DNA of 64,000 nt, from the NCBI RefSeq assembly GCF_009914755.1, contig NC_060947.1, one strand, 5' to 3'. The position numbers and the translations under genes were made by a program. How positions within the stretch are numbered: position 1 is the stretch's first letter; each line of letters begins with the position of its first letter. The DNA comes from the human T2T-CHM13v2.0 reference genome, Homo sapiens. Below, in pieces: positions 16,468-28,044 of the stretch. The notes under the pieces are model-generated. The model ran no database searches. It was not told where the DNA came from and saw only the letters and a program-made list of their open reading frames with translations.

Positions 16468-16948
16468 TGGATCTTTCCTTTAGGAGGTGTAAAGTTTTGT
16501 TTATGTGGCGCTTGCAGACTGAGAGGGGGATCCTGGCCACTGAGAGTCTCTACACTGCCTGGGAATCACTGCCTGAGGCTGAATGGGTCTCTTAGTGGAT
16601 GACTCCAGAGCTGAACCCCTTGAGTGGAGCTTCTGAGCTGCTGTTGTTGATTGAGGATTGAAAAGTGTTTTCCAACTGCAAGTGCTCCTGCTGGGCATGG
16701 AAATGAGCTGACTAGACTTGTAAAGTCAATCCACTCCTGCTTCAAAGGCATTTTTTCCCAAGTGCATTAGCCTGTAGCTCAGAGCAGGATGCAGCCAGGT
16801 ATGGTTGCAACCGGGAGGCTGAGGTAGGATGCAGGGTGCCTGCAGCCTTGAGGCTCTGAAAGCTGAAATCACAGACTGTCATTGTGACTTCATGGCCAAC
16901 CTTGAGTAACAGCAGGTCTTCTGTGGGAGAAGTTGCTGGAGTCCAACC

Positions 16949-16956
16949 CCGGAAGT
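16949..16956 (+). promoter_or_regulatory. TBX22: ETS-family binding motif CCGGAAGT in the putative distal TBX22 promoter
   Basis: Exact consensus match ~70 nt upstream of the inferred start of the non-coding first exon. Confidence 0.6.
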
Positions 16957-17019
16957 AGCAAGTGCCTCTCCCACAGCTGAGGGCCAGAACACCACGTTCT
17001 CTTGTGCTCTGGCTCTAGG

Positions 17020-17156
17020 CCACTCTTCTCTGGGCTCTTGAGAAGAGCTGCTGCAGGCATTTGCAGAGTGAATGAGCTCTGACTGAGACTTGACTTCAGA
17101 ACCACTGGGCTGGCCTGGCCTCTTGACACAGCAACACACTGCTTCTTGCCTTCCAG
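17020..17156 (+). other. TBX22: Probable non-coding first exon (5' UTR) of TBX22
   Basis: Donor CAG|gtaaat at 17156/17157. The coding exon at 24535 begins at an acceptor 2 nt before the ATG, so an upstream exon is expected, and TBX22 is known to have one several kb upstream. The 5' boundary is an estimate. Confidence 0.6.
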
Positions 17157-18992
17157 GTAAATACCTCTGCCTTACTGACCATGTTATGGGTTTTAGTGGG
17201 ACATCAGTACAGGGATTCTCCTCAGCCTCTTCCTCTCCTGTTAACTATCACTAACCAAGTCCCTAACATTAGGAAAGTCCAACTGATAACTGTCAGTTTC
17301 ATCTTTCATTAACTGGGGGTTTTGTGACAGAGATCTTGCAATCACTACTTCTCGGGGGACTGGAAGTAGAATATTAGTGCTCTTTAAAATTAATGAAGGC
17401 TAGACTTGTCCAGTCTGTTAAGAGTATGCTGTAATACCCAAAGAAGCCAGCAATAGTCCCTCTCCTAGGCAGCAATGCAGCCAGAAGGCTCCCAGGCCCA
17501 GGATACTATGCATTAGTGCTCACAGATCTTGTTTAGGGAGCTAGGGAGCAAGGGGAAGGGACGGGAGTGCCTCCTGGAAGGTGAGGACTGAAGCCAACGT
17601 GGAAGTCACTGAGCTGAGTGGCAGGTGTCTAACACTGAAAAGTGGCCCTAGCCAAGGGCTCTAAGTAGTGGTACTTTCTACCGAGGCTCTTCCCCAAGGA
17701 GCTCTAGATCCACAGAGGCAGAAGGATTATTTGATCTTCTTTGCACTCATTTGATTTCAGGAGGAGGTCTGAAGTCCCAAAGCATGGGCATTGGGGTGAG
17801 AGAGGGAACATCAAAGTGTGCCAAAAAAGATTGTTTTATTTTACTTATTCCTGATTTTTCTTACCAGAGCTTGAGCTCATACACCGCATTGTAACACAAA
17901 CACACAAGCACACATACCACACACACACACATGCCTTCAAACTAGAGAAGGGGACTACAGAAAGCACCTGGCCATAAAAGGCATGTCAAGGAGTTTGCTG
18001 TAGGGTGGTGATATGGTTGCTTTGTTTCAGTTCAGCAGACTTATCTCCATGAAGACCTTATTGTTTTCTGTGATTTCTCTTTTGTATTTTTTAAAATTTG
18101 TCTTTATTTCTTAATTATTAAAACCTTCCCTTTTGCCCCTCGGAGCATTGATCAGGGTTTACTAACTACAAATATTTACTTCATGAAGGAGCAGTTTTTT
18201 CTCTAGTAATATTAATGTGGGGACCCTGGGAAGGAAGACAGTGTATGAAAGAAGGCATAGATTGGCTTCAAGCACAGGCAGTATAGGTGTTTGCCTATAT
18301 TTGGTGTTTTGATAGACTTAGGGAAAATCCCTCAGCCTACTACCAAATATTTTTGAGTGTCAGTACATCTGTGGTTGTTAGGTATTGAAAAGCCCTGATT
18401 AAATACAGATAATTATGAGAATATGGAAAGAAGCCTTTAGTACCTTATTCGCATGTCCTAGGAATGATGAGGTAGGGTGCCAAGTTAAGAAGAGGAAAAT
18501 ATATTGTAAATATCCAGGAGTAAGTAAATAGTGAAAAGATTAGCACGAGATTTGGTGGGCCCAATGGAGTTCAGGATGATTTCTTTCTTAACAGAAGGAT
18601 CTGCTTCTGTTGGGCTCATGGCTGCCCAAATTAGGCAGAGCCAGATGATGACTCACTGATCTGAGAACTGAGTGGAGTCATTTGGTGAGAAAGCGTGTGT
18701 AGGGGAAGAGGGTGTAAAGCAAGCATTTTTCTAGTTTTAGGAAGATAAAATAATTCCTCATAAACAGTATTTTTTTTCAATAATTCATTGATGCAATTAA
18801 CTTGGCATATCTCCGTTCAAGTGATCTGAGCCAGTGATATTTTGCTATATGTCTGAATTATTTATTTTAAAATATCAAACTGGCACCTGCAGTCATTTTT
18901 CAAATCCTAGCCCACTTTCTTTGAGGCTGATGCATATAGCATATTTGGAGGTAACTCTGACTCTCATCCTCATTTTTAAAAAGGCAGCATGA

Positions 18993-19399
<407 letters not shown>

Positions 19400-19545
19400 T
19401 CACATAGCACAAACTCTACCCATGAAAAAATATTATGTCCAGCAGTCCTGATTGAGCCTTCAGTTAATATATGACTGTGCAAGTGCCAATGGAGCACCAG
19501 AGAGGTAACATAAAAAGGAATAGGTTTGACACTAGTTTGGTGTTG

Positions 19546-19550
<5 letters not shown>

Positions 19551-19583
<33 letters not shown>
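19551..19583. repeat. (GT)n microsatellite
   Basis: Perfect GT run. Confidence 0.95.
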
Positions 19584-19589
<6 letters not shown>

Positions 19590-19599
19590 TTAATTTTGT

Positions 19600-19730
19600 T
19601 CATTAGGTTTTGTAGAGACAGGATCTTGCTATGTTGCCCAGGATGATCTCGAACTCCTGGACTCAAGCTATCCTTTTCCCTCAGCCTCCCAAAGCACTGA
19701 GATTACAAGTGTGAGCCCATATACCTGGCC
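19600..19730 (-). mobile_element. Alu monomer (FLAM/AluJ-like)
   Basis: ttttgtagagacagg...gctatgttgcccagg...cctcagcctcccaaagcactgagattaca...cctggcc, a single arm only. Confidence 0.88.
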
Positions 19731-20914
19731 TTAAGCTCAATGTTTTAATGGAGAGTGTTTGAGGACTAAAAGAGACAGGATGCATTTATAATTATTTATT
19801 ATTTTCACTGCTCCAGGAAGTCAAAGACAGCTGAAAGGTGACCATACAATGCCTCTTCTGGCAATTACTAGAATCACCATAGGGTAGAATTACATTTGGA
19901 CTTTCAAAAAGGTTTTTTCTTTTTCGTTTATTCATTTATCCTGCTCAAAATTAGCCACGTACAAAATTGTCCCCATAATTCTGGTGGCAAATTTCCTAGG
20001 AAATTTTTAAAAATTCTATCGACCTTAGGTTATTAATTCAGTGAAGAAATAAGAAAAAGTAGTTGTATGCCTTTGATATACTTCAGTTAGAATGAGAAAT
20101 ACAATGAACTGAAGCCTAATGTTGTAATTATTATCATAGGAAGGCCTTCACCATTTGATAGCAGTATGAACACATGATTAAATTCAACAGAATGCATTTT
20201 CCTGTAGCTAAAGTTTTTGCAAGCATGAGCATTTCGCTTCCAATCCTCCCCATGAGAAGAACACAGCGAACACAGATAAGAATTTGTATCTCTACTTTTT
20301 CTTCCCCTACTCTACCAAGGAGCAAGAGTAACAAAGTTTGACATGCATAACTCAAGACTAGATGAATAAAAGCACAGTCTTCTTGAGAGATTATATTGAA
20401 TTAAGCTAACCAGAAGTTGAGGGATTCAGTGTGAGAATTACTTTAATATTAATTAGGCCACATCCCTCAATTTCCTGAAGTGAGAACACAGCTACGAGTT
20501 AGGGTCTTGTCATTAACACATTTTATCTAATCATATAAGAACATACACTTACATTGCATTGGTAAATACCAAAGATATATTTCCAAGGATGAACTTGATA
20601 AAAACAGGTCATGTATTCTAGAAGACATGTTTCCTATGGATTTTTGAAATTCAAATGTAATCTTTTGGTTTAATTCACTAATTTTATTTATTAAAATAGT
20701 ATTTGAATTTCTTAAAAAAAAAGGTGGCTTTCCTAAAGACTTTCAACCTTTTGAATCTGCTTTAGGATTTAGCCAAAAGTTGGGGGTTCCAGTGTTGATC
20801 CCAAAGTTTTCCCCTTCGAGTGTTTCGCCTCAAAGAATTCACAGCTGTATAGTTGATAGAAAGATTAGCACATTCTTGAAATTAACTCCCATCATCTCTT
20901 TAATTTTGAAAACA

Positions 20915-21180
20915 TCTGTGAGTGCTTACTATGTTCCAGGCTTTGTCCTAAGTGGTTTGCATGTTTTCTTCTCTTTTTACTAAACTCTCAGATATATAAA
21001 CACACTTACAGAAACATACTCTATGATAGGAGTGTTAGAAATAATAGCTTTAAATGGTTAAAACAAAGAACTGAATGCAAAAAAAAGACTTGTGTAAGGT
21101 CATTCAGATAGAAAGTAGAGTCAGAATTTGAATCAGGTCAGTCTGAATCTAAAGTCTGTCTTCTTACATGCTGTACTGCT
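20915..21180 (-). mobile_element. MIR SINE
   Basis: 'gagtgcttactatgttccaggctttgtcctaagtggttt' and 'gacttgtgtaaggtca...agtagagtcagaatttgaatcaggtcagtctga'. Confidence 0.55.
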
Positions 21181-21352
21181 TGAGCCTTATTCCTATTTAT
21201 TATCATAGCCTGAAGAATTCATGTAGAAAGTAAAATTTAGTCAATAACATAATTTTCCTATTCTCATAACCAGTAGTATTGAAAAAGGAGAAGAGGTAGG
21301 AAGAAAGAAAACTAGAAGAAGAAAGTGATCTTCCAAATTTTATCAAGATGAG

Positions 21353-21670
21353 TGTATTTGTCAAGACTCTTTTGTCTACAAGTAATGGAAACCCAGCTGA
21401 AGCTCACTTAAGCAAACAACGATAATTTATTTCTTCATGTCACTTAGCTAGTGCAGGCAAAGTTGAATTCAGGTACTCAAATGATGTTGTGGGGAAGCTG
21501 ATTACATTTCCTGACTCTGCTTTCATTAAAGTGTTCATTAGAGTGTTCATTCTAAGGAGGTCTTTCCCAAGTAATGACAAAAAAAAAAGGCCATGAGTAG
21601 CTTGTTTCAGATTCATGTTCCACAAGCTTGGAACTATGCCAAAATATCTTAATCATGGGGAGTGGGCAAT
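21353..21670 (+). mobile_element. Ancient ERVL-type LTR fragment (LTR33-like)
   Basis: 'tgtatttgtcaagactcttttgtctacaagtaatggaaacccagct...cttaagcaaa...aatttatt...ctcaaatgatgt' resembles the recalled LTR33 5' end. Confidence 0.5.
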
Positions 21671-22536
21671 TCAAAACCAACATTTTACTGTAAGGATTTT
21701 CCTATTATCAAACTTAAAAAACATATTCTTCTTTCTATTGTGGGCATCTGTGGGTCTCAGAAACCTCCACATGTTTCGCTGCCCCTCCATTGTTGAAGAG
21801 TCTCTTATAAAGGTTTATGGGTGTTCATGGATGAAATATAGAGATGCCCCAAAGAGACTTCCAGGTGTGGAGAATGAATTGCTGGCATTAGTACATGCGC
21901 CTCAGGCCCCCAATACCTGACAGCCCAGTGCTTCAGCAGCTGACCAGACTGCAAAGCTAGTTATGAGATAATGCAATATTTTCCCCCTCAGATACAAGTT
22001 AACAGGAATTAACTATATTTTAGTCTAGTACATACAAGGGAGAGCTAAGCTACATATCTCCCAGTGATGTCAACAGATATATACAGAAATGGGAATGGAA
22101 AAAGTTCAGATTACAAAAATAAAAAAATTCTGGATGACTAAATTACATGCATGTAATAAATATTAAGAAAGAAGTTTCTTCTAAGAAAGAAACTTACACC
22201 CAAGATATGCTATTTTCTTGATTTCAAAATATCACATCATATGTTAGGTAGTCTAAAATACTAGCACAGACATTGCAACAAACATCTTTTGCTTTATTTT
22301 TACAAAAATCTATTTAAAAAAAAAGATACCAAGCAAAGTTGTCCCTTTCTATACAAGGTAACGTCCTGCCTTTTAACAATAAATTGAGCTAAGGTTAAAG
22401 GCAAGACAACACCTGTATTAGGAGATACTAACACAAATATTACATGGTAATAATTGCACTCTAAAATTAACAAATAAACTCGACTTTTCTGTTTTTTAGT
22501 TGTGTATTTTAGCTAAGAGCATGCAATAAATAAAAT

Positions 22537-22622
22537 ATAGATAGATAGAGATAGATTAGATAGATAGATAGATAGATAGATAGATGATACATATAGATAG
22601 ATAGACAGATAGATAGATAGAT
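22537..22622. repeat. (GATA)n compound microsatellite
   Basis: Repeated TAGA units with interruptions. Confidence 0.95.
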
Positions 22623-24291
22623 CTTCTGAGTAAGAGGAAATGAACAAACACTCTCCCCCCACTTTAATGGGTGCGAAAAGAAACGAATGCTCAGATCACA
22701 TGCAGATGTGGCTGTTTTCCAGCCCAAGTTCCTTACACGAAATTGGCCTTACCTGTGAGGTTCACTTTGCCTGTCTAGGATAGGGACAGTGTCTTTCTCA
22801 ATTCTGCATGGTGAGCAGTGGCTAAATAATGATTGAGCCAAACCCTTCAGCAGCATTCAAGCTGTAAGTAACTCTTTGCCATACTGAGATTTTTAGAGTG
22901 TTTAAAGTCATACCCAGTTGCCTGAAGATCTCCTCCCTATGGCTGAATATCCCCCTACCACCACCACTACCACTGCCATCACAGTGGCAGGGCACATTTG
23001 TACCTAAGTAGCTGAAATTAAAAGGACACACAGGTCTTTTACTCTCAGATTCCAGTATTGGCATATTATAAGTTATTTCAAGTTGCATCTTATTTTAAAT
23101 GAACTTGGATCAGCTTTAAATGCCCTTTTTACAAATGTGTCAGAGGAGAATAATATAATTTTTCTGGAAAAATGCAAATGCTATTAGTTAAGATGCAACC
23201 TGCAAAAGAATCCAGGGGCACTTGATTTCTTATTTCTGATGAAAAGTAGGAGACCAAATCATATGCACACAGGCAGACATCTCATATCTGCATACGTAAA
23301 CATGCTCTTTGGATGTTGTAGACAAGTCTCTTCCTGAAAAAAAAAGAAACTTGTATATTCATTTTAAGGAAAAGTAAAATCCAGCCCAAGAATATATTCC
23401 AGGAGACACTGGAATCAATTACTTAATCCGAACATTTTGAGTTGTGCACATTCTTGGGAGCAAAGGCCCTTTTGTTGCCCTGCTGGTGGACCTGGAGTTT
23501 TTAGACTGTGTTTGCTGATTAAGTACTGTGAGAAAAAACAAAGACTATGTATAGGAATATTGGGCTCCAGCAGAGGCAGGGCTTGAAGATCCAAGTTTTC
23601 TCTGATGCTTGACAGTGGCATTGGGAGACTCCTGCCTGCCCTCACCTCACTAACAGAAGAGAGCGGATAAACTGGCACAACTGCTGCTCACCTAATTTGA
23701 GACTCCAACTGCAGAGCCAACTGGCCCCAAAAGCTTGTACTCCTTTCTGTTTCCCAGTGCCTTCACTGGAGAGCAAAAGACCCTGATACATCTCTCCGGA
23801 TCTGCTTAAAGTGGTCCCTCGTGGGCAATTATTTCGCATGTCTTTGAGTTTTATAATTTAATGTAAAGCTGTAACCTGTATCTCCCTTTTCTCCTCTCTC
23901 TACTTCCCTATCTATAGCTTTTTTTCAACAAGCTCCAAAACCCCCCTCCCTGTTAGACTCTGAAGTGTCACTCACTGTGTTTTTTATGCTTCCAATAGTT
24001 TCCAAAACAAACAGTGGAGGCAGTGACCGGCTGGGTATTCACTGGATGCAACAGTAACTCCCAATCCGAGCAACCTGAGCCGCCATTGGCGGCAGGTCTG
24101 CTCCCTAAAAGGCCAGCACTTGCCAATCTCTGCTCTGCCAGGTCCTGGAATCAGGGATTTGAGGACTAATGGTCTGCACATGTGCACTGGGAGGAAGGGA
24201 GACTAGACTTTGAAGGACATATACACTAGTTTGATCTTCCTCTCCTTTCATTTTGTCTATTCAAACAAAAAATATATATGTATATAAAAAA

Positions 24292-24294
<3 letters not shown>

Positions 24295-24334
<40 letters not shown>
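24295..24334. repeat. (AC)20 microsatellite
   Basis: Perfect AC run ~200 nt upstream of the TBX22 ATG, followed by (GTTTT)n at ~24378-24421. Confidence 0.95.
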
Positions 24335-24337
<3 letters not shown>

Positions 24338-24536
24338 TATTTTCTTTGAATACAGATCCAGAAATTGTTTTTCAGATTTGGGTTTTGGGTTTGGGGTTTT
24401 GTTTTGTTTTGTTTTGTTTTTCCCGCTTTCCCTCCTTCCTTCACCCTCTGTGCCCTCCGCCTGTGTCTCCCCCTCCCTCCCTAACCCAGTTCAGGTTGAA
24501 ACTTTGCTGCAAAGAATCCCTTCACCCCCTCCAGGG

Positions 24537-24711
24537 ATGGCTCTGAGCTCTCGGGCGCGTGCCTTCTCCGTGGAAGCCTTGGTGGGGAGACCCAGCAAAA
24601 GAAAACTCCAAGACCCAATACAGGCGGAGCAGCCTGAGCTGCGGGAGAAAAAGGGCGGAGAGGAAGAGGAGGAGAGAAGGAGCAGCGCTGCAGGGAAGAG
24701 CGAGCCGCTTG
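24537..24711 (+). CDS. TBX22: TBX22 coding exon 1 (aa 1-58; eh1-like FSVEAL motif, basic PSKRK)
   Basis: ccag|GGATGG acceptor then ATG; MALSSRARAFSVEALVGRPSKRKLQD...KSEPL; donor G|gtaagt. 175 coding nt. Confidence 0.97.
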
Positions 24712-25400
24712 GTAAGTACTGCCATTGCCCTGAGCCCGTTGCCTGAGCTTACTGGTTCCGCATCTCTCCGCCTGGCTCGCGTCCCGACGCAGCCAGACAG
24801 CCACATTAGGAGCCGCGAGACACCTCGACCACCTGGTGAAGGGGAAGTTTCAGCGCCTCCGAATCCATCCCGGAGTACAGCAGTTTCTTTGCGGTAAAGG
24901 GGAGGGTCCCTACATAATTGTGAAGTGAGTCTCTCCTACATCCTCCTCCTACCTTCGCGGAAAGCTCTCACCGCCAGCGGGTGGCTGCTGTATCCTGGGA
25001 TGGGAAGCAGGGCGAGTTCCCAAATCCCGAGGGCATCCAGTCTCGGTTATCAACGTCTCCAGGAGAGTGAGGATTGGCAAATCTAAAAAAAAAAAAAAAA
25101 AAAGCTGGTGTGGGCGGGGGGTAGGTGTCGGGTGTCGCACCTTTCACTGCCCCTCTCTCTCCATTAAGCGGCCACAGAGGGTGTTATGCGGAGCTTGGGG
25201 AATCTGTCGCCAAAGTTCCTGGGGAAGGGACAAGGCCCTGTCTGCTCCAAGATAGGCACCAGCGAGAAGTGGGCATGTGAACTGTGACGCTCTCTCAAAC
25301 CCTGAGCGCCTTTCTGTGTCCAGCAGAAAAACAACCTAAGACAGAGCCCTCAACATCTGCTTCCTCTGGCTGCGGCAGCGACAGCGGCTACGGCAACAGC
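24540..25400. promoter_or_regulatory. TBX22: CpG-enriched region over first coding exon and intron (weak CpG island, possible proximal promoter)
   Basis: Visibly higher GC and CpG density than the AT-rich flanks; not computed. Confidence 0.5.
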
Positions 25401-25507
25401 TCTGAAAGTCTGGAAGAGAAAGATATTCAAATGGAGCTTCAAGGATCTGAACTGTGGAAAAGATTCCATGACATCGGGACTGAGATGATCATTACTAAAG
25501 CGGGCAG
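25327..25507 (+). CDS. TBX22: TBX22 coding exon 2 (PKTE SUMO motif; start of T-box)
   Basis: cagcag| acceptor; EKQPKTEP...[26 protein letters not shown]; donor AG|gttcgg. 181 nt, phases match both neighbours. Confidence 0.96.
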
Positions 25508-26329
25508 GTTCGGTTCTGCCCAAGCTGTTCACAAGGGTCACACACATTAGGCACTTAATTTACCGCTCTGGTAAGATGAGGACTCTCCAGTTTTATGCTC
25601 TGGTACTCCTCTGTCCCTTTTCCCCAACTCCCTGACATACAGTAGAAAGCCATAGCCCCTCAATTGATAGGGCTCGGACTTACCTGGCCCCATGTAAGTG
25701 GCTCATTCTTCCTTTCCTGTACACTGTGACTCCAATAACTCACTTCCCCGTCTCCTGCCTGTGTAGTATAAGACAAAAATCAGACTTTGGTCTTAGACTG
25801 TGGCCAGACCTCTCAGTTAAGGCCTCTAAGATAACCATGGACAGTATCCCATGTCACAGTTCCTCGCGCCCGCTAGACCTGGCCCAGGTTATTTTGAGGT
25901 GAGCCATTCCCATAGCCACCTTTTGGCATGGGACAGCCACTTCACTGCAGCTGGTTATTTTGTGAGTCTAACTAATTTCAGCCTTCCACAAATCTGCCTC
26001 ACAGAAAGTACCCTTGAAAAGGAGGTTGGGACACAGCTTTTTCTCTCATACTTTCTCTTCTATAGCTTTTTATTATGGTTGGGGAGGGACATGAACAAAG
26101 CCTTGTGGTAATAATATTCTGCTCCACTTAGAAATTCCGTACTTGTTCGGTCAAGTATGCAACCAACAATCTTTCCTCATGTAGCAAATGCTATTCCTTG
26201 CTATTTTGAAAAGGGAAGGGTATTGTGAGTCCCTTCACTTTTTACTGGAGTCAGCATTTGTCCAGAAACACTCCCTCTTCCAAACATTTCTAAAAGCTCT
26301 TGGGTCAGTCCTTATTTTCTTTCTTACAG

Positions 26330-26431
26330 GCGGATGTTCCCCTCTGTTCGGGTCAAGGTGAAAGGGTTGGATCCAGGGAAGCAGTACCATGTGGCCATCG
26401 ATGTGGTGCCGGTGGATTCCAAACGCTATAG
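26330..26431 (+). CDS. TBX22: TBX22 coding exon 3 (T-box)
   Basis: ttcttacag|G; [34 protein letters not shown]; donor AG|gtaatg. 102 nt. Confidence 0.97.
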   Translation, partial: ADVPLCSGQGERVGSREAVPCGHRCGAGGFQTL

Positions 26432-27869
26432 GTAATGGGCCCCATAGAATGGTACTCTATGCCCAGGCTAGGGCCAGGGATTTGGACCTTCAGACCTGAA
26501 ACCTGACAGCATGACTTTGAAAACTCTAGCATGGGGGGTGGGAGTGGGGGATTGCTCTCCTGTGGGCTTTAGGAGTTGAATTTTCTTATTAAAATTGGGG
26601 TTCCCAGTGAAAGAAGAGAAGCCTTCTTCCTCTCTCTGCCCCCATCCCCTCTTGGAATGCCGTGAATTCAGGGCACTAATTAGAACTCCAAATGTACCCC
26701 AAGCCTCTCCCTACCCACTGCTCTGGCCTTGGTTGTGTAAACTGCAGAGGGTGTGGGCTCTGGTGGTCAGAAGGGAAGCGGGTTGAAGGAATTGTGGGAG
26801 AAATCCCCAGGCTCTATGGGAGCCTGGGCATCTGGGGACATGCTGGGCTCTGAGCTTTGCTGCTTTGGCAGCAGGAGGCCAGAAGGATGATCAATTTGCC
26901 ACTCAAGGTCAGTCAAGCGTTCCTGTGTCTAGGCCTGTCTTTTCGTCCATCTTTAACCTTTCCCCTGAAGTAATGTCTGGGTCTTAGAGGGTACAAGTAT
27001 CATTTTCCCTTTATTTAAGCCCTCAACCTACAGCAGGCTGAAAGTGGCCCAACTGTTTTAAAGCCAAAAAGCCCTTCTGGGATACACCCCAGACACACCA
27101 GCTTGCCAACACTTTGACTCAGGGGCTTGGGGTCCAGTTCAGGGTTGGAGGGGTTGGGGAGGTGACAGCTGTTTACACTAGGGCTGTGAGCATTTGACCC
27201 AGAGGTGGGTCCCTGGTCCTCCAAGGAGACAGCCCACCTCAAAACCAGAGCTAGCTTTGAAAGCAAGGAGAAGGCTCTGCTCAGAGGACTGCTGGGGCTG
27301 CAGTATGGAAACAGCAGAAAAAGCTGTTTGCTTCTCAAATTGCAGCTGGCTTGGGAATAAGAGCAAAACTGGGAAGTTGAGATTGGAAATAGTGTGAAAA
27401 TCGGCCAGAGGCTGCGCAGGGCTGTGTTCCTAAGAGTTTTCTTGATGTGAAGCCTTATTGACAAAAGGGCTTCCACAAAGAGTGGTGACAGTGGCCTAGA
27501 CAAGACATCCTTGTCAGCCCTCCACTTCTTCCCAGACTCTTCACACCCAAAGCTAGTGGATTTTTCCATTATCTCTGTGAGATAAAATTTGTTAGATCAA
27601 TTTCTGTGGTGGTTTCTGTGAGAAAATACAAATCAGACTTAGAAATCTCATGACATTTTACTTTCCCTGCACTTCATTGCATTTTGATGACATATGCTTA
27701 TTTACAGTTTATTTTTTGCCCCGAATGCTTGTTAGAAATTAAGTTGAGTCTTCTCCTTACTTGCCCTTGGGATCACTGGGCTAATCTGGAGTGAAGTCCT
27801 CAGGAACAGAACACAACAGCTCCCAGCTTTGGCCTGCTGCACCTAATGCCACAGCATGTGTTTTTTCAG

Positions 27870-28044
27870 GTACGTCTATCACAGCTCACAGTGGATGGTA
27901 GCTGGGAATACAGACCATTTGTGCATCATTCCTAGATTCTATGTTCACCCGGACTCACCCTGCTCGGGAGAGACCTGGATGCGGCAGATCATCAGCTTTG
28001 ATCGCATGAAACTCACCAACAATGAGATGGATGACAAAGGCCAC
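27870..28044 (+). CDS. TBX22: TBX22 coding exon 4 (T-box)
   Basis: ttttttcag|G; [12 protein letters not shown]...RFYVHPDSP...[18 protein letters not shown]; donor CAC|gtacgt. 175 nt. Confidence 0.96.

Noticed and set aside
24481-24897. Overlapping alternative-frame and antisense ORFs on TBX22 exon 1
   Set aside because: Expected in GC-rich, stop-poor sequence; no independent support.
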